Assembly: GCA_002269645.1 (NCBI GenBank)
Contig: NIVC01001025.1
Span: 1-64,000 of the forward strand
Direction of reading: 5' to 3'
Length of the DNA: 64,000 nt
Source: Macrostomum lignano
Taxonomy: Eukaryota
The translations under genes and the position numbers were made by a program. How positions within the stretch are numbered: position 1 is the first letter of the stretch; each line of letters begins with the position of its first letter. This document shows, piece by piece, positions 24,110-35,817 of this stretch. A model generated the notes under the pieces. That model was given only the letters and a program-made list of their open reading frames with translations. It ran no database searches and was not told the DNA's origin.

Positions 24110-24376
24110 ATGTCGCGGACACTGCTACTCTGCACTCTGGTAGCCGCCCTCATCCTGACGGTCGCGGCGGCCCCCTCCGTAGGCGACGACGGCTGGCATC
24201 AGCGACGCGGCGGCGCCGAGCCCTACAGGTTCTTCATGCTGAAGCGCCTGTTGAAGCGCCCCGCCGACGACCGCGACATTGAGCAGCTGCTCAAACAGCT
24301 CAACGATTGGAGCAGCGAGTCGCGATCAGACTCCGTCATCTTTCGCCTGCGTCGAGGCGGCGGCGGCGGCGTTTGA
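24110..24376 (+). CDS. Neuropeptide prohormone, 88 aa
   Basis: Signal peptide MSRTLLLCTLVAALILTVAA. Dibasic sites RR, KR, KR, RR flank GGAEPYRFFML and ...DSVIFRL. CAAA-ATG context, 5'UTR intron 23910-24105 (GTGAGT..TGCAG), AATAAA ~24579. Confidence 0.85.
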   Translation: MSRTLLLCTLVAALILTVAAAPSVGDDGWHQRRGGAEPYRFFMLKRLLKRPADDRDIEQLLKQLNDWSSESRSDSVIFRLRRGGGGGV

Positions 24377-24737
24377 AGTTGAAGATCCTGATTGAGCCCT
24401 AGCTGAACCTCTAACACAGACTTTGCTGTGCCCTGCTTCTAAGAGACCCCAAATTGAGACTGAACAACCAAATACAATTGAATTCTTGGCGAAAATTTTC
24501 AGCCATAAATCATAATCAACGTTCGATTGATAATTATTGCTTTTCTGATAATTTTATGGCACAATGGGCAAAGCCTAAGAATAAAAAACGAAATAGCAGG
24601 TGCATCAATTTTTAGGCAAAACTGAATTACTACTGTTACTATGAGCGTTACAACTATTATTATTTCAAGATTTTTATGCCAAACAATGTTTCTCAAGTGC
24701 AGAAACTGAGAGAATTTTTATCCATCAGAAAGTTCTC

Positions 24738-25076
24738 AGCGCAGCTCAGCTCATTCCCAGCACAGATCCCTCATCATCCAGGTAGAACACAGCTCAGCTC
24801 ATTCCCAGCACAGATCCCTCATCATCCAGGTAGAACACAGCTCAGCTCATTCCCAGCACAGATCCCTCATCATCCAGGTAGAACACAGCTCAGCTCATTC
24901 CCAGCACAGATCCCTCACCATCCAGGTAGAACACAGCTCAGCTCATTCCCAGCACAGATCCCTCACCATCCAGGTAGAACACAGCTCAGCTCATTCCCAG
25001 CACAGATCCCTCACCATCCAGGTAGAACACAGCTCAGCTCATTCCCAGCACAGATCCCTCATCATCCAGGCAGAAC
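24738..25076. repeat. 48-bp minisatellite (~7 copies) overlapping the stop codon of the 25034-25354 gene
   Basis: ACAGCTCAGCTCATTCCCAGCACAGATCCCTCATCATCCAGGTAGAAC in tandem. Confidence 0.95.
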
Positions 25077-25354
25077 AGCGCCCCAACCCCGGCAGCCGCG
25101 GTGGCGCCCAGCATGAGGCCCGCATAGCCGTACACCCGGTACACGCAGTAGCCAAACATGACGAGGAAGGCGGCAAGCAGCAGGCCGAGCTGTAGGCGGG
25201 CCAGCCTCCGCTCCGTGTGCTCACCGGCCTTCTCCAGCTTGTCCAGCCGGTGCTCCAGGTTGAACAGCCGGCGCTGGGCCGCCCCAGCCAGCTGCAGACT
25301 CTCGTCATCATCGTTAGGATTTTCCGGATTTTTACCGGCGGCTGCGGCAGGCAT
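25034..25354 (-). CDS. Small coiled-coil + C-terminal transmembrane protein, 106 aa (possibly extended N-terminally by exon 26850-26886)
   Basis: Heptad segment LFNLEHRLDKLEKAGEHTERRLARL followed by two hydrophobic helices. Acceptor at 25390; upstream exon 26850-26886 has a GTAAGT donor; the intron between them holds a GC-rich minisatellite. Confidence 0.7.
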   Translation of the reverse strand: MPAAAAGKNPENPNDDDESLQLAGAAQRRLFNLEHRLDKLEKAGEHTERRLARLQLGLLLAAFLVMFGYCVYRVYGYAGLMLGATAAAGVGALFCLDDEGSVLGMS

Positions 25355-25489
25355 GTCGCTTTGCAGGTTGGCGCCTCGGGCAGGGTGAGCTTAAAGAAAT
25401 AATTTGAAGAGTGTACATGCCTGACGGTGAGAAATTCAGTGCCGCTGTACACCCTGTGTGAGCGTGAGCCATCATGGAGACCTATCAAG

Positions 25490-26822
25490 CTGTGGGGGCG
25501 CCAAACCTGCTGTGAGTGGGCGCAAAACCTGCTGTGTGGGGGGCGCCAAACCTGCTGTGTGGGGGGCGCCAAACCTGCTGTGTGGGGGGCGCCAAACCTG
25601 CTGTGAATGGGAGCGCCTAACCTGCTGTGTGGGGGCGCCAAACCTGCTGTGAGGGGGTGCCAAACCTGCTGTGGGGGGCGCCAAACCTGCTGTGTGGGGG
25701 GCGCCAAACCTGCTGTGAGGGGGTGCCAAACCTGCTGTGTGGGGGCGCCAAACCTGCTGTGAGAGGGGCGCCAAACCTGCTGTGAGGGGGCGCCAAACCT
25801 GCTGTGAGGGGGCACCGGGCACCAAACCTGCTGTGAGGGGGCACCGGGCACCAAACCTGCTGTGAGGGGGCACCGGGCACCAAACCTGCTGTGAGGGGGC
25901 GCCAAACTTGCTGTGAGGGGGCACCGGGCACCAAACCTGCTGTGAGGGGGCACCGGGCACCAAACCTGCTGTGAGGGGGCACCGGGCACCAAACCTGCTG
26001 TGAGGGGGCGCCAAACTTGCTGTGAGGGGGCACCGGGCACCAAACCTGCTGTGAGGGGGCGCCAAACCTGCTGTGAGGGGCGCCAAACCTGCTTTGAGGG
26101 GGCGCCAAACTTCTGTGAGGGGGCGCAAAACCTGCTGTGAATGGGAGCGCCTAACCTGCTGTGTGGGGGCGCCAAACCTGCTGTGAGGGGGCACCGGGCA
26201 CCAAACCTGCTGTGAGGGGGCACCGGGCACCAAACCTGCTGTGAGGGGGCGCCAAACTTGCTGTGAGGGGGCACCGGGCACCAAACCTGCTGTGAGGGGG
26301 CACCGGGCACCAAACCTGCTGTGAGGGGGCACCGGGCACCAAACCTGCTGTGAGGGGCGCCAAACTTGCTGTGAGGGGGCACCGGGCACCAAACCTGCTG
26401 TGAGGGGGCACCGGGCACCAAACCTGCTGTGAGGGGGCACCGGGCACCAAACCTGCTGTGAGGGGGCGCCAAACTTGCTGTGAGGGGGCACCGGGCACCA
26501 AACCTGCTGTGAGGGGGCGCCAAACCTGCTGTGAGGGGCGCCAAACCTGCTTTGAGGGGGCGCCAAACCTTCTGTGAGGGGGCGCAAAACCTGCTGTGAA
26601 TGGGAGCGCCTAACCTGCTGTGTGGGGGCGCCAAACCTGCTGTGTGGGGGGCGCGAAACCTGCTGTGAGGGGGCGCCAAACCTGCTGTGTGGGGGGCGCC
26701 AAACCTGCTGTGAATGGGGCGCCAAACCTGCTGTGAAGGGGCGCCAAACCTGCTGTGAATGGGGGCGCCAAACCTGTTGTCAGGGGGCGCCAAACCTGCT
26801 GTGAGGAGGCGCGAAACCTGCT
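25490..26822. repeat. GC-rich 21-29-bp intronic minisatellite
   Basis: CCAAACCTGCTGTGAGGGGGC(ACCGGGCA/G) units. Confidence 0.95.
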
Positions 26823-27289
26823 GAGGTCTTTATTAAAAAAATCACTTACCTGTTTTGGCTCCGGAGAATGCAGACTTTAGCTGAGCCTGCCAAGAGTAGA
26901 GACAAGACTATACCGACTCAGAGATCTGTTTACCACCCTTACCTTAGAATTCAAAACATTGACTTTTTATGCAGAGTAAGAGCCATCAATAATTAATTGC
27001 TAAAGTAAGGCCGCGGGCTCTGCGTGTGTTTAATAATTCAGTCTAATAACCAGCTAGACCAAGATTTCTCAATTGAATTCTTGAGGGCGATTCTTGGAAA
27101 TTGACTGCTAGACCAGCCGGTTTTACCGTTCGCAGGGCAAGGGATAATTAAATTGAGTGCAATGCACGTAGGGACAGTGTATGCAAGCCTGTACAGGTAG
27201 GGACAATAGGCAATCTAAATTCTCACGAGGTGCCGTTAGATGGCGCGGTCATTTAAGGCCGCGATTCTTACATGTGAGCTTCCTCTGTC

Positions 27290-27850
27290 ATTTAAGTGGT
27301 GCTGCCTGTCATTATAGACGCCATTCTCAGGTGGTGCTGCCTGTCATTATAGACGCCATTCTCAGGTGGTGCTGCCTGTCATTATAGACGCCATTCTCAG
27401 GTGGTGCTGCCTGTCATTATAGACGCCATTCTTAGGGGGTGCTGCCTGTCATTATAGACGCCATTCTTAGGGGGTGCTGCCTGTCATTATAGACGCCATT
27501 CTTAGGGGGTGCTGCCTGTCATTATAGACGCCATTCTTAGGTGGTGTTGCCTGTCATTATAGACGTTATTCTTAGGTGGTGTTGCCTGTCATTATAGACG
27601 TTATTCTTAGGTGGTGCTGCCTGTCATTATAGACGTTATTCTTAGGTGGTGCTGCCTGTCATTATAGACGTTATTCTTAGGTGGTGCTGCCTGTCATTAT
27701 AGACGCCATTATTAGGTGGTGCTGCCTGTCATTATAGAAGCCATTCTTAGGTGGTGCTGCCTGTCATTATAGACGCCATTATTAGGTGGTGCTGCCTGTC
27801 ATTATAGAAGCCATTCTTAGGTGGTGCAGCCTGTCATTATAGATACCATT
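27290..27850. repeat. 35-bp minisatellite
   Basis: GGTGGTGCTGCCTGTCATTATAGACGCCATTCTTA in tandem. Confidence 0.95.
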
Positions 27851-28409
27851 ATTAGAAATAAAGAACTCCCGAGACACATTATCCTCAACTTTTTGCATGT
27901 GCACCGCTAGAAGAAGGCAAAAAACAGGCCGATAGCAAAATAGGTGTGCAACTAGTTAAAGAAAACAGTTTGGGAAAACTGACAGATTTATTAATTATTG
28001 GCTGATTAAGAGCAGAGCTAATGCAGTCAGGAGTTGCAGAAAAAAAGGTAATGCAACCGCTTCAACATTCAGCTCGAGCGCCGGAGTGGCGGCCGCGCAG
28101 ATTAATTTGCATCCATATGGTAGGGGAAAAGACTAAGAAAAACGCGAAAATCAAGCAAATAAAAAAGCAAGCAGGGTCGACGAAAAATGAATTATTTAAT
28201 AACTGGATTTGATAAATCAGGTAGATCGGGATGAGATTGTGAATAGATGCGATAGCTACTGATCCAATGCATTATTTGTAATACAGCACGCTACTGTCAA
28301 AAAAAAGTATGACATAACTGTGCGTTAGCGCTGGTAGAAATTGCGAGATGAATATTACTAACCATAAGATGGAATGATGAATTTGATCTTAAGCTTATAG
28401 GATTCTGAG

Positions 28410-29998
28410 TTGGGATTATAGAATTCGGGATTGGGATTATGGGATTTAATCATATGGATTGGGAACATGGGATTTGGGATTGGAGATCATAGGATTCGGG
28501 ATCATGGGATTGAGGATTTAGGATCATAGAAAATGGGACTGGGGATCATAGGATCCGGGATTGGGGATCATGTGATTTGGGATTGGGGATCATGGGATTC
28601 GGGACTGAGGATCATAGGATTCGGGATTGGGAATATAGGATTCGGGATTGGGGATCATAGGATTCGGGATTGGGAATCAAAGGATTCGGGATTGGGAATC
28701 ATAGGATTCGGGATTGGGGATCATGGGATTTGGGATCATAGGATTCGGGATTGGGGATCATGTGATTTGGGATTGGGGATATAGGATTCGGGATTGGGGA
28801 TCATAGGATTCGAGATTGGGGATCATAGGATTCGGGATAGGAGATTATGGGATTCAATTCGGGACTGGGGATCATAGGATTCGGGATTGGGGATCATAGG
28901 ATTCGGGATTGGGGATCATGGGATTGAGGATTTAGGACCATAGAAAATGGGACTGAGGATCATAGGATCCGGGATTGGGGATCATGTGATTTGGGATTGG
29001 GTATCATGGGATTCGGGACTGAGGATCATAGGATTCGGGATTGGGAATATAGGATTCGGGATTGGGGATCATAGGATTCGGGATTGGGGATCATAGGATT
29101 CGGGATTGGAGATCATGGGATTTGGGATTGGGGATCAAAGGATTCGGGACTGGGGATCATGGGATTTGGGATCATCGGATTCGGGATTGGGGATCATGAG
29201 ATTTGGGATTGGGGATCAAAGGATTCGGGACTGGGGATCATGGGTTTGGGATTGGGGATCATAGGATTGGGGATCATAGGATTCGGGATTGGGGATCATA
29301 GGATTCGAGATTGGGGATCATAGGATTCGGGATTGGAGATTATGGGATTCGGGACTGGGGATCATCGGATTCGGGATTGGGGATTATGAGATTTGGGATT
29401 GGGGATCATAGGATTCGGGATTGGGGATCATGTGATTTGGGATTGGGGATCAAAGGATTCGGGACTGGGGATCATAGGATTCGGGATCATCGGATTCGGG
29501 ATTGGGGATCATGGGTTTGGGATTGGGGATCATAGGATTCGAGATTGGGGATCATAGGATTCGGGATTGGGGATCATAGGATTCGAGATTGGGGATCATA
29601 GGATTCGGGATTGGAGATTATGGGATTCGGGACTGGGGATCATCGGATTCGGGATTGGGGATTATGAGATTTGGGATTGGGGATCATAGGATTCGGGATT
29701 GGGGATCATGTGATTTGGGATTGGGGATCAAAGGATTCGGGACTGGGGATCATAGGATTCGGGATCATCGGATTCGGGATTGGGGATCATGGGTTTGGGA
29801 TTGGGGATCATAGGATTCGAGATTGGGGATCATAGGATTCGGGATTGGAGATTATGGGATTCGGGACTGGGGATCATCGGATTCGGGATTGGAGATCATA
29901 GGATTCGAGATTGGGGATCATGGGATTCGGGATTGGAGATTATGGGATTCGGGACTGGGGATCATAGGATTCGAGATTGGGGATCATAGGATTCAGGA
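28410..29998. repeat. ~22-bp G-rich minisatellite with a ~278-bp higher-order duplication
   Basis: GGATTCGGGATTGGGGATCATA units; the ORFs at 29311 and 29589 translate identically. Confidence 0.95.
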
Positions 29999-30489
29999 TG
30001 AGGATTAAAATAAAGGGAAGAAAATGATGAATGAGCAGGAGAGGAATGAAAACGAGGAGAGAAAAATTGAAATTGCATTGGAAAAAAGTAAAGATGAGAC
30101 GGAGAAAAAATAATCCGTTTTTTAATAGTAAATTAAATAAACAAAAAACGATTGAATAACCTTTCATGCTAGCGCAAAGGCGAAAAAAGCACTTCGTACT
30201 CCCTGTCAGGCGATGATCGCTGTACAACCAAGAGATACTGTGAATTATGATAATAAAAAACGATAAACAATAGTACGTACATTAACAGGTTTTCATGGCT
30301 CCAAACCTTACTTTTAAAATGGTGTGAATCATGAAGAACGCTACACATTGTGCACTTGGAATAAAGAAGTAACACTGAAAAAACATTTAATAAATTAATA
30401 GTGCTTAAAACTTGCAGAAGAGACTTTTTCGTGATTTAGGCGCTTAAAACTCCATTTTAAAGCTTGTTAATTTTAGTTTGATTTTTTAA

Positions 30490-30985
30490 GCGACATTAAC
30501 CCCACATTCCTTCCCTCTAACCGACACCCACCTCACATTCCTTCCCTCTAAGCGACACACACCCCACTTTCCTTCCTTCTAAGCGACACCCACCCCACAT
30601 TCCTTCCCTCTAAGCGACACCCACCTCACATTCCATCCCTCTAAGCGAAACCCAACCCACATTCCTTCCGTCTAAGCAACACCCACCCCACTTTCCTTCC
30701 CTCTAAGCAACACCCACCCCATTTTCCTTGCCTCTAAGCGACACCCACCCCATTTTCCTTGCCTCTAAGCGACACCCACCCCACTTTCCTTCCCTCTAAG
30801 CGACACCCACCCCACTTTCCTTCCTTCTAAGCGAAACCCACCTCACATTCCTTCCCTCTAAGCGACACCCACCTCACATTCCTTTCCTCTAAGCGACACC
30901 CACCTCACATTCCATCCCTCTAAGCGAAACCCAACCCACATTCCTTCCGTCTAAGCAACACCCACCCTTCTTTCCTTGCCTTTAA
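30490..30985. repeat. ~31-bp C-rich minisatellite
   Basis: CTCTAAGCGACACCCACCCCACTTTCCTTCC in tandem. Confidence 0.95.
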
Positions 30986-31130
30986 TCAACACCCAATGCA
31001 TTAGAAACAAGAAAATCGAATAGATGACGGTTAAAATTGTAACTAGGCGAACTGACTAAGCGAAAAGGAAAACTAAAACTAAAGAGACATTTGCCAAAGG
31101 CATTAAATTAGAGTACTGAAAAATGATAAT

Positions 31131-34100
31131 TTAATCGCACGGCTTGTACATGACAGTAGTGACGAACTTCTTCCTATACCGATGAATAGTTGACAGAACC
31201 ACAACGCCGTCTTTGATGCTCAGCGCGTACAGGTGATTAAGCATCACGTGATCCGGCTCGGGCAGTAAATTCGGATCGTACCTGGAGTCGGTTGGCCGAT
31301 TAAGAATCACCTGGAGCAGCTGTTGCGGCAGCACCGGCGGAGCTCGATGTGGGCCTGCCTGCCTGCCGGTTGGAACCTGGCTGGTGTAGCGGCCTGGCGG
31401 ACTGCCCGACCGGTTGCGGAGGCGTTCGGACACCTCCGACTGAGTATGCTCCTTGGTTTGCGAGCTCTCAGCGATGTCCATAGCTAAGGCTTCGAATACT
31501 TCAAAGTCGGACGATTTCACTTGGAGAACGTTGTTAGAGGTGCCCATGTTGTTTTGAGCTGTTGGCTGCAGTTTAGCGATATGCGAAATGTTGTAATTGA
31601 AAGCAGCTTTTAATACAGAGGACTTGGCGCCTTCCCCGACCGATTCCCCCTGAGCCACAGTTAATCTGACGGATTCCCTCTGAGCCACAGTTAATCCGAC
31701 GGATTCCCTCTGAGCCACAGTTAATCTGACGGATTCCCTCTGAGCCACAGTTAATCTGACCGATTCCCTCTGAGCCACAGTTAATCTGACGGATTCCCTC
31801 TGAGCCACAGTTAATCTGACCGATTCCCTCTGAGCCACAGTTAATCTGACCGATTCCCTCTGAGCCACAGTTAATCTGACCGATTCCCTCTGAGCCACAG
31901 TTAATCTGACGGATTCCCTCTGAGCCACAGTTAATCTGACCGATTCCCTCTGAGCCACAGTTAATCTGACCGATTCCCCCTGAGCCACAGTTAATCTGAC
32001 CGATTCCCTCTGAGCCACAGTTAATCTGACGGATTCCCTCTGAGCCACAGTTAATCTGACCGATTCCCTCTGAGCCACAGTTAATCTGACCGATTCCCTC
32101 TGAGCCACAGTTAATCTGACGGATTCCCTCTGAGCCACAGTTAATCTGACCGATTCCCTCTGAGCCACAGTTAATCTGACCGATTCCCCCTGAGCCACAG
32201 TTAATCTGACCGATTCCCTCTGAGCCACAGTTAATCTGACGGATTCCCTCTGAGCCACAGTTAATCTGACCGATTCCCTCTGAGCCACAGTTAATCTGAC
32301 CGATTCCCTCTGAGCCACAGTTAATCTGACCGATTCCCCCTGAGCCACAGTTAATCTGACCGATTCCCTCTGAGCCACAGTTAATCTGACGGATTCCCTC
32401 TGAGCCACAGTTAATCTGACCGATTCCCTCTGAGCCACAGTTAATCTGACCGATTCCCTCTGAGCCACAGTTAATCTGACGGATTCCCTCTGAGCCACAG
32501 TTAATCTGACCGATTTCCTCTGAGCCACAGTTAATCTGACCGATTCCCTCTGAGCCACAGTTAATCTGACGGATTACCTCTGAGCCACAGTTAATCTGAC
32601 CGATTCCCTCTGAGCCACAGTTAATCTGACCGATTCCCCCTGAGCCACAGTTAACCTGACCGATTCCCTCTGAGCCACAGTTAACCTGACCGATTCCCCC
32701 TGAGCCACAGTTAACCTGACCGATTCCCCCTGAGCCACAGTTAACCTGACCGATTCCCTCTGAGCCACAGTTAATCTGACCGATTCCCCCTGAGCCACAG
32801 TTAATCTGACCGATTCCCCCTGAGCCACAGTTAATCTGACCGATTCCCCCTGAGCCACAGTTAATCTGACCGATTCCCTCTGAGCCACAGTTAATCTGAC
32901 GGATTCCCTCTGAGCCACAGTTAATCTGACCGATTCCCTCTGAGCCACAGTTAATCTGACCGATTCCCTCTGAGCCACAGTTAATCTGACGGATTCCCTC
33001 TGAGCCACAGTTAATCTGACCGATTCCCTCTGAGCCACAGTTAATCTGACCGATTCCCAGAGAGCCACAGTTAATCTGACGGATTCCCTCTGAGCCACAG
33101 TTAATCTGACCGATTCCCTCTGAGCCACAGTTAATCTGACCGATTCCCCCTGAGCCACAGTTAACCTGACCGATTCCCTCTGAGCCACAGTTAACCTGAC
33201 CGATTCCCCCTGAGCCACAGTTAACCTGACCGATTCCCTCTGAGCCACAGTTAATCTGACCGATTCCCCCTGAGCCACAGTTAATCTGACCGATTCCCCC
33301 TGAGCCACAGTTAATCTGACCGATTCCCCCTGAGCCACAGTTAATCTGACCGATTCCCTCTGAGCCACTCTAATACCGAACAAACCTAGACTCTCACCTC
33401 CTTAGCGTTGACCTGCCACTTGCCGTCTACAATAAACTGATATTGGTGCTCTCCTTCCGGCAGGTCCACAATCGTATAGAAATGATCCTGGCTAAAAATC
33501 GATAAAAAAAACTTTTCGCTACTATCAGTAGACAACTTAGAAAACTTAAAACTAATAAAAACAAATAAGAGAGCGGCAAACCTCTTCACTAATGGAATCT
33601 TAGTCTGCCAGTTGTTGAAACTGCCGCTAAGGTACACCTCCTTGGCGGTGCCGCCCTCCCATTTGAATACGGTGGGCAGCTTATTGGCGGTCACGTGATC
33701 GCCAGGCCTCTCGGTTATCGTGGAAGCGCGAATTCTGAAGCCCTCGTCCTCGCTAGACTGCTGTTAGTGTTAAAGCCAAGTACAGACAAGAAATTCAATC
33801 GTGAGAATATTTAATAAGCGAGTAAAAAGAAAACTGCTTATAAAAAAAATAACTAACCCCGTTCCAAGAACCGTAGTTCGCACACTTTCTAGTCATGACA
33901 GCGCAAATTAATACAAAAAATTCTTAGAACTTTGGCCTATAACACACAGAGGCAATGCATAACTCTGTATGCGTCATTATATGTTATGCGAAAAACTTCT
34001 GAGAGATTTTGTTAGACTCGGGAATCTGGATCCTTTTTGATTTTGTGATGCAGCATAGACTTGGATCATCTATGCTCAAGAGATCCAGCATCATCTACAG

Positions 34101-34831
34101 ACTCGGGAATCTGGATTCTCTCTGCTCAAGAGATCTAGCATCATCTACAGACTCGGGAATCTGGATCTTCTCTGCTCTGCTTAAGAGATCCAGCATCATC
34201 TACAGACTCGGGAATCTGGATCTTCTCTGCTCTGCTCAAGAGATCCAGCATCATCTAAAGACTCGGGAATCTGGATCCTCTCTGCTCTGCTCAAGAGATC
34301 CAGCATCATCTACAAACTCGGGAATCTGGATCCTCTCTGCTCAAGAGATCCAGCATCATCTACAGACTCGGGAATCTGGATCCTCTCTGCTCAAGAGATC
34401 CAGCATCATCTACAGACTCGGGAATCTGGATCCTCTCTGCTCAAGAGATCAAGCATCATTTACAGACTCGGGAATCTGGATCCTCTCTTCTCAAGAGATC
34501 CAGCATCATCTACAGACTCGGGAATCTGGATCTTCTCTGCTCAAGAGATGCAGCATCACCTACAGACTCGGGAATCTGGATCCTCTCTTCTTAAGAGATC
34601 TTTACAATCATTTGAAGTCTCAGGCCTCATGACTTAAAAAACAAATAATAAAAAATGCAAATTTACCTTCACAATGCTGGGAATTTCAGCTGAAAATTCT
34701 GGGCCAAAATTGAACGGCTCATTCTTTCGCTTGTACGGCGCCTGGTAGGCACCCTCGCCGCCGGCGGCGGCACTGCCAAGCTGGGCAGAAAGTCTCCGAG
34801 CTCGGCCCTCACTGTTTGGCGTGTTACCCAT
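31131..34831 (-). CDS. PRKAB: 5'-AMP-activated protein kinase beta subunit, ~290 aa
   Basis: Exons 34667-34831, 33582-33760 (or 33757), 33398-33491 and 31131-31565 splice in frame (873 nt). MGNT myristoylation start, CBM domain (PTVFKWEGG..VYLSGSFNNW..DLPEGEHQYQFIVDGKW), C-terminus PNLLPEPDHVMLNHLYALSIKDGVVVLS..RYRKKFVTTVMYKP. Confidence 0.97.
31640..33368. repeat. 30-bp minisatellite (~57 copies), AMPK beta intron 3
   Basis: TGAGCCACAGTTAATCTGACCGATTCCCTC in tandem. Confidence 0.97.
34012..34600. repeat. ~50-bp minisatellite, AMPK beta intron 1
   Basis: TACAGACTCGGGAATCTGGATCCTCTCTGCTCAAGAGATCCAGCATCATC in tandem. Confidence 0.95.
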
Positions 34832-35032
34832 GACACAGAATGCTCACTGCAGCTGCAGGTGGCAATGCAATAGATCCATGCAAATAGCTTTAACTTGGCT
34901 TACATCTAACTGCTGTGAGCTATACTATATGTTAGGATGTTTACTTTCTATTGCATTATGATCCACACAATGTACATCATCCAAGGTGTTATCTATCAAA
35001 GGTGTTGGCTTTGAAATAAAAATCTGTGATTA

Positions 35033-35817
35033 GGCTCATTCCATATAAGCATGGTCGTAACATGACAGGTTATTTTTACTTATAAAATGAAATCTAATAA
35101 TAGAATATACTAAACCAATATTTTAAATGAAAGATTATTTTGTCTAGAATATATTTATAGAGTTTCATATAGATATCATCATTAGTATAGATGCTATTAA
35201 ACCTTAAATGACACTTATGGTCGTAATGACAGGATTTTTGACATATAGAAACCAAAAGGTAAAAGTCTTATAACATTTTTCATTTTTGATATTTTGCAAT
35301 ACATTTTTAAAATTTGACTAAGAACATCTTTAGAAATCATACTCTTTTATTAGAATATATAAACTCAAAAGGCAACAAAGATACAAAAGAAAAGGCAGCC
35401 TTATGGTCATAACATTATGGTCGTAACATATTTTTTTCTGTCAATTTAGTAACTTTGAGGTACTAATACATTAAAAATATAATAGATTATTTGGTCACCA
35501 ATGCTTTTATCTGATGATGCAAGTACTATACTTTTATCTATAGTTTGTTTCAACCTTCAAAAGCTTTCTATTTGTTTTTAAAAGGTACAAAATCTTAATG
35601 ATGTCTTTTGCTTCGAAAAATGTCCAAATTTTTACAAAAATGACTTTTTGCCAATTGATAACATACTAATCCAACATTTTACCATTCCTTTATTCTTAGA
35701 TTGTATATATTGCACAATATAAACATTTGGTAAAAAATAGGCTAATTAGGCAATGGCAAGCAAAAATATTGACTTTTTTCTATTTTCCAAATATGTCCAT
35801 CTTATATGGAATGAGCC
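35033..35817. mobile_element. Non-autonomous TIR DNA element, 785 bp, 4-bp TSD (ATTA)
   Basis: Perfect 17-bp TIR GGCTCATTCCATATAAG / CTTATATGGAATGAGCC, ATTA on both flanks, and four subterminal ATGGTC(G/A)TAA repeats. Confidence 0.8.

Noticed and set aside
25039-26793. 584-aa and 417-aa Pro/Gly-rich ORFs
   Set aside because: Translations of a GC-rich minisatellite inside an intron with canonical splice sites.
31566-33383. Long ORFs of (VAQRESVRLT)n apparently fused to the AMPK beta C-terminus (475 aa and 269 aa)
   Set aside because: This is the 30-bp intronic array read through. The real exon starts at the CTGCAG acceptor (31566), and intron retention hits TAG three codons after the donor.
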